The notes under the pieces: model-generated
Seen by the model: the letters and a program-made list of their open reading frames with translations, nothing else
Databases searched by the model: none
Told to the model about the DNA's origin: nothing
Position numbers and translations under genes: made by a program
In this document: piece by piece, positions 20,450 to 29,797 of the stretch
How the letters are laid out: the number at the start of each line of letters is the position of its first letter
How positions within the stretch are numbered: the first letter of the stretch is position 1
Assembly: GCA_963704165.1 (NCBI GenBank)
Contig: CAVPHD010000001.1
Location: 256,001 to 320,000 of the forward strand
Length of the DNA: 64,000 nt
Direction: 5' to 3'
From: an uncultured delta proteobacterium
GTDB taxonomy: Bacteria; Myxococcota_A; UBA9160; SZUA-336

Positions 20450-21349
20450 GCGCCGAGTCGACGAAGCCCGGCAAGTCGAGCACTGCCGAAGCCGTCACCG
20501 ACGGAATCGATCTCGGCGGAAGGCTCGCGCTCGTCACCGGCGTCAACTCCGGAATCGGGTTCGAGACCATGCGCGTGCTCGCGATTGCGCGGCGCGCACG
20601 TGATCGGCACGGCGCGCACTCTCGACAAGGCCGTAGCGGCGTGCGGTCAGGTGGTCGGCGCGACATCCGCGCTCGCGTGCGAGCTCGAGAGTCGGGACTC
20701 GATTCGGGCCTGTGCGCGTGAGGTCGAGCGACTCGGACGGCCGCTCGATCTCTGTATCGCCAACGCGGGGATCATGGCGCTTCCGCGGCGAGAGCTGGTG
20801 AACGGGATCGAGAAGCAGTTCGCCACCAATCACCTGGGTCACTTCCTGCTGGTCCATCTGCTGCGCGCGCAGATCGAAGCCGCGCGCTCGCCGCGCGTGG
20901 TCGTCGTGAGCAGCGCCGCGCACTTCCAGGCGCCCGCGGACGGCATCGACTTCGACGATCTCTCGGCCGAGCGCAGCTACGGCGCGTGGCGCGCCTACGG
21001 ACAATCGAAGCTGGCCAACGTGCTCTTCGCGAAGTCGTTGGCGCGCAGGCTCGGCCCGAACCGCGCGGCCAATGCGCTGCACCCGGGCGTGATCGGAACG
21101 AATCTCGGCCGACACATGAATCCCGTGCTCGGCGCCGTCGCCGGCTTCGTGCTGAGACCGTTCGGGAAGACGATTGCGCAGGGCGCCGCGACGAGCTGCT
21201 ACGTCGCGACGCGACCCGAGCTCGAGGGCGTCAGCGGCGAGTACTTCTCCGATTGCGCGATCGCGAAGCCGAGTCGATGGGCGAACGACGAAGCGCTCGC
21301 CGAACGTCTCTGGGAGGTCTCGGAGAAGCTCACCGGACTTCGCTCGTAG
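20446..21349 (+). CDS. SDR oxidoreductase, retinol-dehydrogenase/WWOX-like (frameshift ~20584; probable CTG start)
   Basis: STAEAVTDGIDLGG, TGVNSGIG, ANAGIMA, FATNHLGHF, YGQSKLAN, LHPGVI. Confidence 0.88.
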
Positions 21350-21352
21350 GCG

Positions 21353-22912
21353 TCACTCGCGCACCCGATCCTTGCGCTCGAAGACCGTGATCGATCCGGC
21401 CGATCCATCGCGGCGGATCTCGAAGCGGCCGACGATCACGTAATCGCGCTCCAGGTAGGAGCGGGCCCACTCGAGCACGTAGCGCTCCGAGCCGGGTCTC
21501 CACATCCAGGACGTGAACGAGTCGACGAGGACGACGAGGGCCGGTCGCGCGGCCTCGACCTCCGCGGCGAGCTCCTTCTGCATCTCGAGGCTGTACGGCT
21601 GCACCTCCGTGAGCCCATACATGTAGAGGTGACCCGTCGCGCTGCGGCGATCGGAATAGAAGAGGATCTGCGGCTCCGAGCCGATCACCGCGATGCGTTC
21701 GTCGGGTCGCGTCCTCTCTTCGACGAACGCCGCGACCTCGATCGATTCGGGGAACGGGTTCTTGCGATAGACCGCATGCGAGAATTCGACGGGAGACAGC
21801 CGGAAGTACGGCGCTCGCTCGCTCACGATCAGAACCGCCGCAGCCACGAGGAGAGCGGCGATGGCGAGCTCTCGGTTCAGTCGTCGCGCGATCGCGCCCA
21901 CGCCCACGCCCGCGAGCAACGCGACGGCCGGCCACATCGGAATGAAGTAGTGGTGACGGAAGTGCCAGCCGGGCAGGACCGAGAGCGTAGAGAAGAGCAG
22001 CAATCCGACGAGGAATCTCGAAGATCGCCGAGCGACGACGTCCCAGATCGGAGCGAAGAGTCCCACGACGGCGAGCGCGCCAAATCCGGCCAGCGGCTGC
22101 ATGCGACCGAGCGCGATGCCGAGGCGGGTGACACCGTACGACGTCGACTCGGACGACGCATAGCTTGCCGCGTAGACGAAATTCCAGAACCAGAAGCGCT
22201 CGAAGACACCGGCGATGAAGAGCAACATCGACACGGCGATGAACGGCGCGAGCGCCCCCGCGCCAAACGCAGCCAGGCGCCGGAACGTCGGGCCTCGGCC
22301 GGCGGTGGATTCGCCGCGCGATTCCAGGAAGATCCAGAGAGCTCCGAAGACCGCGAACACGACTCCGTGCTGCTTCATCGTGTAGGCCAGACCGAGAAGC
22401 GCGCCGCTCGCGAAGAGCGCGCCGGTTCGCCTCGATTCGATGGCGCGGAGGAGGAGGAGCAATCCGCCGACGGCGAACGGCACGACGAAGTGAGTCGCGT
22501 GAGCGGCGGGGCCGAAGACGGAGATGCTGAGCGACATCAGCCCGTACACGGAGCCTGCGACGGCGCCCGTGCGCTCGTCGGCGAGCCGCCGCCCGAGCGC
22601 GAACACCAGGAGCATCGAGAGCCCGCTGACCAGCAAGAGCCCGAGCCGGATCGCGAAGGCGGTCGGACCGAAGGACGCCATCACCGCCGCGTACACCGCG
22701 TAGACCCCGGGCATCTTCATGCTGTACGCCTCGGCGTACGGCGCAACGCCGCTCGACAGGAGCTGCGCGATGTAGGCGTACTCTCCCTCGTCGCGCTCGA
22801 GCGGGAAGTCCGCGAGTCGCAGCCGCACGAACGCGACGAAGAACACGGTGGCCGCGAGCAGGCCGACCGCGAGGAGCGTCCACGGCTTTTCGTTCGTCGT
22901 TCGCGATGTCAT
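21353..22912 (-). CDS. GT-C fold membrane glycosyltransferase (ArnT/GT39-like)
   Basis: LERDEGEYAY after TM1, MKMPG, TMKQ, HHYFI, EPQILFYS; more than 10 TM segments. Confidence 0.82.
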   Translation of the reverse strand: MTSRTTNEKPWTLLAVGLLAATVFFVAFVRLRLADFPLERDEGEYAYIAQLLSSGVAPYAEAYSMKMPGVYAVYAAVMASFGPTAFAIRLGLLLVSGLSMLLVFALGRRLADERTGAVAGSVYGLMSLSISVFGPAAHATHFVVPFAVGGLLLLLRAIESRRTGALFASGALLGLAYTMKQHGVVFAVFGALWIFLESRGESTAGRGPTFRRLAAFGAGALAPFIAVSMLLFIAGVFERFWFWNFVYAASYASSESTSYGVTRLGIALGRMQPLAGFGALAVVGLFAPIWDVVARRSSRFLVGLLLFSTLSVLPGWHFRHHYFIPMWPAVALLAGVGVGAIARRLNRELAIAALLVAAAVLIVSERAPYFRLSPVEFSHAVYRKNPFPESIEVAAFVEERTRPDERIAVIGSEPQILFYSDRRSATGHLYMYGLTEVQPYSLEMQKELAAEVEAARPALVVLVDSFTSWMWRPGSERYVLEWARSYLERDYVIVGRFEIRRDGSAGSITVFERKDRVRE

Positions 22913-22981
22913 CTCGAGTCTGCCCCGATGATCGCGCCTTTTCGCCGAATTCGGGAGCTGCGTATAGACTCGGAACTTCCG

Positions 22982-23821
22982 ATGGCGCAACACGGAATCG
23001 AGATGATCCTGATCCGGCGGCTGGCGAGCCAGCTCTCGATGCCGATGGTCTTGGTGGATCCGAGCGGCGACCTCGTCTTCTTCAATGCCGCGGCCTCGCC
23101 GATTCTCGGCCGGCGCTTCTCCGACTCCGACTCGGTCCTGCGCGGTGAGTGGGCAACGCTCTTCGACCCGGCGAATCAGGGCGGCGACACGCTGAAGCGA
23201 GAGGAGCTTCCGCTGTTCATCGCAAGCGAACGCCGAAGGCCCTCGCATCGAAGGGGTCGGGTCCGCTGTCTCGACGGGGCCGTGCGCGACCTCGAGGGCA
23301 TCGCCTTCCCGCTGATCGGGCAGGGGGAACGGATGCTCGGTGCGGTGAGCGTGTTCTGGGAGCCGGGTACACCGCCACCGCCCGGTGTACCCCGTGGCGA
23401 GGGACCCCTCGACCTGGCGTCGCCCGGTGGGGATCGGCCGGTGGAGCTCCTGCTGATGCGCCAGCTCGCGAGCTACCTTTCGACCGCGATCTTCCTGATC
23501 GGACCGGACGGCAGCGTGCTCTTCTTCAACGAGCCGGCCGCACGGATGATCGGGCGTCGCTTCGAGGAAGCCGAGCAGATGAGCGCCGAGGAGTGGTCGG
23601 CCCTGCTCGAACCCACCGACGAGACGGGTGCACCGATCGGCGTCGGCGAGCGGCCGATGGTGATCGCCGCGCGACGTCAGCTTCCCACGCACCGGCGCTT
23701 CTCGATTCGCGGCCTCGACGGCGTTCCGCACAGCGTCGAAGGCCTCGCGCTTCCCCTCGTCGCGAACTCGGGCCGCAGACTCGGGGCCGTGGGCATCTTC
23801 TGGGAGCGAGGCGATTCATGA
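22982..23821 (+). CDS. Tandem PAS-domain protein (no output domain)
   Basis: Two homologous repeats: EMILIRRLASQL...FFNAAASPILGRRF...LGAVSVFWE and ELLLMRQLASYL...FFNEPAARMIGRRF...LGAVGIFWE. Confidence 0.82.
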   Translation: MAQHGIEMILIRRLASQLSMPMVLVDPSGDLVFFNAAASPILGRRFSDSDSVLRGEWATLFDPANQGGDTLKREELPLFIASERRRPSHRRGRVRCLDGAVRDLEGIAFPLIGQGERMLGAVSVFWEPGTPPPPGVPRGEGPLDLASPGGDRPVELLLMRQLASYLSTAIFLIGPDGSVLFFNEPAARMIGRRFEEAEQMSAEEWSALLEPTDETGAPIGVGERPMVIAARRQLPTHRRFSIRGLDGVPHSVEGLALPLVANSGRRLGAVGIFWERGDS

Positions 23822-24654
23822 AGGTCACGTTCTGGGGCACACGCGGGTCCCTGCCGACTCCGGGCCCCGAAACTACGCGCTACGGCGGAAACACCTGCTG
23901 CGTCGAGGTCCGCGCGAGCGACGAATCGATCGTGGTCCTCGATGCGGGAAGCGGCATCCGCAGGCTCGGCGCCGCGATCGGGCCCGAGGTGCGGCGCATC
24001 GACATCTTGCTGACACACCTGCACCTCGACCACATCGAGGGACTCGGGTTCTTCGCACCGCTCTTCCGGCGCGGGCTCGAGGTCCACATCTGGGGTCCGG
24101 CCTCGACGACGCTCGATCTGCGCGCGCGGCTCACCCGCTATCTGTCGCCGCCGATCTTCCCCGTCCGGCTCCGCGATCTTCCCTGCCGGCTCGAGCTTCA
24201 CGACGTCGCGAGCGTAGAACGCATCCACGTCGGTCCGCTCGAGGTCCGCGCCGCGCTGGTCTGCCATCCGGGGCCGACGGTCGGCTTCCGCATCCGCGAG
24301 GGCGACACGTCGGTCACCTACCTGCCCGACCACGAACCCGCGTTCGGCGCGATCGACTTCCCGCGCAATCCCGAATGGACCTCCGGCTTCGAGCTCGCCG
24401 CCGACACGGATCTCTTGATCCACGACGCGCAGTACGGCGACGCAGAGTACGGAGACCGCGTGGGCTGGGGCCACTCGTCGCTGCCCGACCTGCTGACGTT
24501 CGCGAAAGCCAGCCGGGCATCGCGCGTCGTCCCCTTCCATTACGACCCCGAACACGGCGACGCCGAGCTCGACCGCCGCTTCGAGGCGATCCAGGGGGAA
24601 GCCCTGCCTTTCGACTTCATTCCGGCCATCGAAGGCGCGAGCGTCGATCTCTGA
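23818..24654 (+). CDS. MBL-fold metallohydrolase (phosphodiesterase-like)
   Basis: FWGTRGS, YGGNTCCV, DAGSG, THLHLDHIEG, HDAQY, GWGHS, FHYDP. Confidence 0.9.
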   Translation: MKVTFWGTRGSLPTPGPETTRYGGNTCCVEVRASDESIVVLDAGSGIRRLGAAIGPEVRRIDILLTHLHLDHIEGLGFFAPLFRRGLEVHIWGPASTTLDLRARLTRYLSPPIFPVRLRDLPCRLELHDVASVERIHVGPLEVRAALVCHPGPTVGFRIREGDTSVTYLPDHEPAFGAIDFPRNPEWTSGFELAADTDLLIHDAQYGDAEYGDRVGWGHSSLPDLLTFAKASRASRVVPFHYDPEHGDAELDRRFEAIQGEALPFDFIPAIEGASVDL

Positions 24655-24691
24655 GTCGCGACGCACGACGCCACAGGAGGATGCAGACACG

Positions 24692-25900
24692 ATGCTGACG
24701 CGCCGCACGTTCAACAGGCTCGTGCTCGGATCGCTCGGCGCCGCCGCGCTGCCCGGGTGCTCGCCGGGCGAGTACACCGACGACGACGTGCGCGATCTGG
24801 CGCTGCAGATGCAGCGAGAGCGCGAGCTCTCGGGCCAGGGGCCGCACGGGCCGCTGCACTTCGCGGGCTATCGCGACCTCGCCCGCCTGCCCTACTTCGA
24901 GCTGCAGCCCGACGGTCTGCTCCGACTCCGGGTCGAGGGCCTGCCCCCGGCCATCGACCTTCATACGCATCTCGGTGTCGCGCTGCTCTTCGCCCCGGCG
25001 ATCGATCTGCAGCGACGCACCGCGCGCACGCGTTACCTGCTCGACTGCGACCGCGAGACACCCGGCTGCGACCTCGACCTCGACGTCTACATCAACGCCA
25101 ACTTCAGCGACGAGGCGCACGCGGAGATGACGCGCGAGATCCGCAACCAGCTGCTATGGGGCAGCGAAGCGGCCGCGACGCACACGATCCCGAACCTGGT
25201 CGCCGAGATGGACGCCTTGGGATTCCAGCAGGCGGCGGTGCTCGCGATCGCTGCGGGGCTGCCGTTCGGCGACGACATGACGCAGACCTGGCACGACGAG
25301 ATCGCGCGGGCCGACGTCGCCGATCGGCTGCTGCTCTTCGCGTCGGTCCACCCGGGCGACTCCGAGTGGCGCGCGAAGCTGCGAGCGGCGGCGGCACAGG
25401 GCGCGCGCGGCGTGAAGCTGCACCCGGAGATGCAGCGCTTCTTCCCCGACGAGCCGCGCGCCCTCGAGATCTACGCCGAGTGCGAGAAGCTCGGCCTGCC
25501 GATCATCTTCCACGCGGGCCGTTCGGGAATCGAGCCGACCTTCATGCGGAAGTACGCGCTGATCCCGCGCCTCGAGCGCGGCATCGCCGAGTTCCCACGC
25601 GTGCAATTCATCTTCGGTCACGCCGGCGCGCGCGACGTCGCGCCCGCGGTCGAGCTCGCCCGACGCTACCGCAACGTCTGGCTCGAGATCACCGGCCAGG
25701 GCGTCACGACGCTGCAATCCATCGTCGACGAGTTCCGCGCCGAGCGCCTCGTCTTCGGCAGCGACTGGCCCTTCTACCCGCTCGCCGCGACGCTCGCGAA
25801 AGTCCTCCTCGTCACCGAATCGAACCCCTCCGCCCGCGCCGCCATCCTCCGCACCAACGCCGACCAGATGTTCGAAGCGGCGGGGCAAGGACGAGAGTAA
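24692..25900 (+). CDS. Amidohydrolase_2-family protein with Tat/lipoprotein signal
   Basis: TRRTF twin-arginine, LPGC lipobox, IDLHTH, GVKLHP, FHAG, GHAG, FGSDWP. Confidence 0.88.
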   Translation: MLTRRTFNRLVLGSLGAAALPGCSPGEYTDDDVRDLALQMQRERELSGQGPHGPLHFAGYRDLARLPYFELQPDGLLRLRVEGLPPAIDLHTHLGVALLFAPAIDLQRRTARTRYLLDCDRETPGCDLDLDVYINANFSDEAHAEMTREIRNQLLWGSEAAATHTIPNLVAEMDALGFQQAAVLAIAAGLPFGDDMTQTWHDEIARADVADRLLLFASVHPGDSEWRAKLRAAAAQGARGVKLHPEMQRFFPDEPRALEIYAECEKLGLPIIFHAGRSGIEPTFMRKYALIPRLERGIAEFPRVQFIFGHAGARDVAPAVELARRYRNVWLEITGQGVTTLQSIVDEFRAERLVFGSDWPFYPLAATLAKVLLVTESNPSARAAILRTNADQMFEAAGQGRE

Positions 25901-25904
25901 ATCC

Positions 25905-25981
25905 TGGCGCGCCCAGCAAGACTCGAACTTGCGACCTTCAGGTCCGCAACCTGACGCTCTATCCAACTGAGCTATGGGCGC
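25905..25981 (-). tRNA. tRNA-Arg (anticodon GCG)
   Basis: GCGCCCA acceptor stem; D-loop AGTTGGATA with A20; anticodon arm TCAGG-TT-GCG-GA-CCTGA; T-arm GCAAG-TTCGAGT-CTTGC; G73-CCA; 77 nt. Confidence 0.95.
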
Positions 25982-25996
25982 GCGCGAACGGCCGGC

Positions 25997-26005
25997 AGCT
26001 TAGCA
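25997..26005 (-). promoter_or_regulatory. Extended -10 element upstream of tRNA-Arg
   Basis: TGcTAAGCT on the minus strand, 15 nt upstream of the tRNA 5' end. Confidence 0.45.
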
Positions 26006-26056
26006 AACCATGTCTGCCGACGAGATCCCGGTCCGGGTCCAGATCAAAGGACGTGC

Positions 26057-26144
26057 TGGCGGAGAGAGTGGGATTCGAACCCACGGTACCTTTCGGTACA
26101 CACGCTTTCCAAGCGTGCGCCTTCGACCGCTCGGCCATCTCTCC
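26057..26144 (-). tRNA. tRNA-Ser (anticodon GGA)
   Basis: GGAGAGA...CACGC-TT-GGA-AA-GCGTG, long variable arm GTACC-GAAA-GGTAC, TTCGAATC, GCCA. Confidence 0.96.
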
Positions 26145-26186
26145 TTGGGAAGTCGCTGTCGCTTTGAAGTCGCTACCGGGAAGGAC

Positions 26187-26276
26187 TGGCGGAGAGGGAG
26201 GGATTCGAACCCTCGATACAGTTTCCCGTATGCAGGTTTAGCAAACCTGTGCCTTCGGCCACTCGGCCACCTCTCC
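26187..26276 (-). tRNA. tRNA-Ser (anticodon GCT)
   Basis: GGAGAGG...CAGGT-TT-GCT-AA-ACCTG, long variable arm, TTCGAATC, GCCA. Confidence 0.96.
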
Positions 26277-26300
26277 GCGGCGTCCCCGCGGGCGGCGGCG

Positions 26301-26329
26301 ATGATGCCGAGGCCGGGCGTCCATGACAA
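26301..26329 (-). promoter_or_regulatory. Sigma70-like promoter for tRNA-Ser(GCT)-tRNA-Ser(GGA)
   Basis: TTGTCA-17 nt-CATCAT followed by a GC-rich discriminator on the minus strand. Confidence 0.5.
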
Positions 26330-26395
26330 CCCCTCGAATCGGCGGGGAAAGGACGGCCGCACGCGGGCGGGGCACGACGTCGGGGACGTCGTCGT

Positions 26396-28327
26396 CTAGG
26401 GCGGGAGCGCCGGGCCGCAGGATTGCGCGAGCCCCGGCGGGGAGCTGTCGAGATCGCGCTCCAGGACCGCCCAGTCGTCGACCCGGCAATCGCTGCCCGC
26501 GGGCGCCGCGGCGCCGATCACGTTGCAGCGCGACAGCCCCGCGGGCGGCGACGTGGGGTCGGCGAGCCAGGCCCGGACCAGATCGGCGTCGATGCTGCTG
26601 ATGAGACCATCGCCGCTGACGTCGCCGCACTGGCAGGCGTCGCCGATTCCGTCGCCGTTCGCGTCGAGCTGGGCGGGATCGGGCGTGAACGGGCAACGGT
26701 CGAAGGCGTCCTGAACGCCGTCTCCGTCCACGTCGGGCCCGGGCGGGAGCGCGGGCGCGACGAGCTTTCCCCAGCCGTAAGTGTCGTCGTGGCCGACGTC
26801 GCCGACGTCCTCCGCGGCGGCAATCAGCGTGGCGCGAAGCTGCAGATTCGTGAACAGCGAGTTCTGGCCGAGCATCAGCGCGGCGGCGCCCGCGACGACC
26901 GGCGCAGCGAACGACGTGCCGCGTACGTTCGGCCGCGTCAGACTGTCGGTTCGATCCGGCGCGACCATCTCCGGCTTGGGTCGGCCGTCGTTGGTCGGGC
27001 CCCGACTCGAGAGCGACTCGATCGTCGGTGGCGACAAATCCCAGCCCGCGTAGTCGACGGCGCCGACGGCGAACGCTCCGTGCGCGACGGCAGGGTCGAC
27101 CATGCTCGATGCGACCACGCGGTGCTCGAAAGCGATCGTCACGTTGCTGCTGACGATGGTCATGTCGAACCCCGGCGGCGGCGCGGCTCCGGCCCGGCGC
27201 CGCACGCGCACCTGGTACGGCTCCTCCGAGGAGACGCGCGTGTAGCAGGCGTACTCCGCGGGCGGCTGCCCGCCGCCGCTGCTCTGCGTCGTCGTGCTCG
27301 AGCCCACGGCCACGCCACCCGCCGAGTAGATGTACAGATCGAGATCGGTCGCGGGCGTGCCGCCGTACTGGTTCCAGTTCAGCGTCAGGCAGGCCTGCGC
27401 GCCGACGGCGACCTCCTGGACCAGGTCGAGGCCAAAGTCGTCTGGCGCGAAGAAATGCCAGCGATTCGCGTCCTCACCGAGCCAGCCCCCGCGCCAGTGA
27501 CGGTACCCCCAGTTGCCGCCGCCCACGGTCCAGAAGACGCCGTGCGCGTCGTGCGAGGTGTTGATCAGCGTGCTGATCGGGCCGCTGTCGTCGTAGTAGC
27601 TCGCGCCGAACCAGTTCACCGAGAGGTTCGCGATCCGGATGCCGTTCGTGTTCACGTAGTCGACGGCGTTCTCGAAATCGACGTCGTCCTCGAACAAGAT
27701 CAGGTGCAGGCGCGCGCCGGGCGCCATGTCGGCGACCTGCTCGGCGACGGCGGTTCCGTGCGACGTATTCGCCTCGATCCCGCCGCCGACGAGATCGATC
27801 GGGATCGCGTTCGCGGGGATCTCGCCCAGGCTCTTCGCCTCGGCGAGCCGCCAGAAGCCGAGATCGACCACGGCCACGTCCACGCCCGCGCCGATGTGTC
27901 CCGCCGTCTGCAGCGTCGAGCCGCCGACCAGAGCGACCGACTCCGAGACGATCGAGCCCGCGCCGTCGACGGGAATCGGGATCAACGGAAAACGCAGCAC
28001 GCCGATCCCGGTCATTTCCGCGACGCGCGCCAGCACCGCGGGTGGGCCCGAGATGCGTACGCGTGAACGGGATCTGCCGTCGATCCGCGCACCGAGTGCG
28101 CGGATGCGCGCGAGCGGCAGGTCATCGACCGTGAACCCGGACGGTGGCTCGGCGATCAGGCGCAATTCACCCGGTCGCGCGCGCGGGCTCGCGGACTGCG
28201 CCCGCAGAGCGGCCTGCGCCGCGCCCGGGTCGGCGAGCGCGCGCGCGAGCGCGGGCTCGACGCGCGGAGGACGAGGCACCTGCGCCCAGGCCGAGCCCGC
28301 CCACAGGCACGCAACCAGCGCGAGCAA
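26396..28327 (-). CDS. Secreted S8 (subtilisin-like) protease with C-terminal TSP3/dockerin-like Ca-binding repeats; start uncertain (28327, 28332 or 28405)
   Basis: Triad VAVVDLGF, SHGTAVA, GTSFAAPVVAG; SSRGPTNDGRPKPE; DVDGDGVQDAFDRCP, DANGDGIGDACQCGDVSGDG; signal ending AWA-Q. Confidence 0.9.
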   Translation of the reverse strand: MLALVACLWAGSAWAQVPRPPRVEPALARALADPGAAQAALRAQSASPRARPGELRLIAEPPSGFTVDDLPLARIRALGARIDGRSRSRVRISGPPAVLARVAEMTGIGVLRFPLIPIPVDGAGSIVSESVALVGGSTLQTAGHIGAGVDVAVVDLGFWRLAEAKSLGEIPANAIPIDLVGGGIEANTSHGTAVAEQVADMAPGARLHLILFEDDVDFENAVDYVNTNGIRIANLSVNWFGASYYDDSGPISTLINTSHDAHGVFWTVGGGNWGYRHWRGGWLGEDANRWHFFAPDDFGLDLVQEVAVGAQACLTLNWNQYGGTPATDLDLYIYSAGGVAVGSSTTTQSSGGGQPPAEYACYTRVSSEEPYQVRVRRRAGAAPPPGFDMTIVSSNVTIAFEHRVVASSMVDPAVAHGAFAVGAVDYAGWDLSPPTIESLSSRGPTNDGRPKPEMVAPDRTDSLTRPNVRGTSFAAPVVAGAAALMLGQNSLFTNLQLRATLIAAAEDVGDVGHDDTYGWGKLVAPALPPGPDVDGDGVQDAFDRCPFTPDPAQLDANGDGIGDACQCGDVSGDGLISSIDADLVRAWLADPTSPPAGLSRCNVIGAAAPAGSDCRVDDWAVLERDLDSSPPGLAQSCGPALPP

Positions 28328-28331
28328 CGCA

Positions 28332-28419
28332 TGGCGGAGAGGGAGGGATTCGAACCCCCGGACGCTTCCGCGCCTGCGGTTTTCAAGACCGCCGCCTTCG
28401 ACCACTCGGCCACCTCTCC
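28332..28419 (-). tRNA. tRNA-Ser (anticodon TGA)
   Basis: GGAGAGG...GCGGT-CT-TGA-AA-ACCGC, variable arm GGCGC-GGAA-GCGTC, TTCGAATC, GCCA; -10-like TAGTCT 7 nt upstream. Confidence 0.96.
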
Positions 28420-28529
28420 ACGTCCCAGACTACCGCAAGCGCCGCCACAGATCGGACCTACCGCATGACCGAGCGACTCCGTAGAATGGCCCAACCCAGC
28501 GGCGCGCCGCAAGAAAAAGGGTCTTCGTC

Positions 28530-29797
28530 GTGCTCGAGCTGCGCTTCATCATCGAGAATCTCGACACGGTTCGGACGAACTGCGCCGCGCGCAATGTCTC
28601 GGTCGACCTCGATCGGCTCGTGGCGCTCGACGAGCGGCGCCGGGCGCTGATCGTCGAGCAGCAATCGGTACAGGAACGCCGAAATTCGCTCGCGCGCGAG
28701 ATCAAGGGGCGCAAGCCGAGCGATGCGGAGCGCAATCTCGGCAAGGAGCTGAAGGAACGCGAGGGCGCGCTCGAGAGCGATCTCGCGACCGTGCGCGACG
28801 AGCTCACGGCGCTGCAGGTGCAGGTTCCCAACCTGACCCACCCCGACGTGCCCTCCGGCGCGACGGATGCGGAGAATCACGAGCTACGCGTGATCGGAAA
28901 GCCGCCCGCGTTCGGGTTCACGCCGCTCGACCACGTCGAGCTCGCCGAGAAGCACGATCTGATCGACTTCGAGGCGGGCGCGAAGGTCGCGGGGCAGAAG
29001 TTCTACTTCCTGAAGAACGAGATGGTCCTGCTCGAGCACGCGCTCGTGCGCTTTGCGCTCGATCTCCTGCGCCGGCGCGGCTTCACGCTCTTCCAGACGC
29101 CCGACGTCGCGCGCGCCGAGGTCGCGGACGGGCTCGGCTTCAACCCGCGCGGCGCCGAGACCAACATCTACTCGATCGCAAATACGGATCTCGTGCTCGT
29201 CGGCACGGCCGAGATCACGCTCGGCGGGATCCACCACGGCGAGATCCTCGACGAGGCGCGCCTGCCGCTGCGCTACTGCGGGCTCTCGCACTGCTTCCGG
29301 GTCGAGGCCGGCGGCCACGGCCGCGCATCGCGCGGACTGTACCGCGTGCATCAGTTCACCAAGGTTGAGATGTTCGCGATCACGCGGCCCGAGGAATCCG
29401 AGGCGATGCACGCGGAGCTCGTCGCGATCGAGGAAGAGATCTACCGCGCGCTCGAAATCCCGTTCCGCGTCGTCGACGTCTGCGCGCGGTGATCTCGGTG
29501 CGCCCGCGTACCGCAAGTTCGATCTCGAGGCGTGGATGACGTGCTGTCGGCGAGCGCGGCGGCTGGGGCGAGATCACGAGCACGTCGAACTGCACCGACT
29601 ATCAGGCGCGCCGGCTCGGCGTGCGTTACCGCGAGACCGAATCGGGCAAGACACGCTTCTGCCACATGCTGAACGGAACGGCGATCGCGGCGTCGCGCGC
29701 GCCGATCGCGCTGATCGAGAATCACCAGCAGGCCGACGGGTCGATCCGGATTCCCAAGGCGCTCGTTCCGTACACGGGCTTCGACCGGATCGGATGA
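28530..29797 (+). CDS. serS: Serine--tRNA ligase (apparent frameshifts ~29487 and ~29545)
   Basis: N-terminal coiled coil, [82 protein letters not shown] at 29795-29797. Confidence 0.95.

Noticed and set aside
26145..26186. Repeated GAAGTCGCT in the tRNA spacer as a CRISPR or repeat array
   Set aside because: Only two 9-nt copies, no spacers of CRISPR size and no cas genes.
26187..28357. 26-bp direct repeats flanking the protease as attL/attR of an integrated element
   Set aside because: Both copies are 3' ends of complete tRNA-Ser genes; no integrase and no evident composition shift.
28332..28419. tRNA with TGA near selB as tRNA-Sec (selC)
   Set aside because: The anticodon is TGA (reads UCA, Ser), not TCA, and the acceptor stem is the standard 7 bp.
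29490..29492. TGA ending the serS ORF next to selB as a selenocysteine codon
   Set aside because: The conserved continuation ([16 protein letters not shown]) is in another frame, so this is a frameshift and not in-frame read-through.
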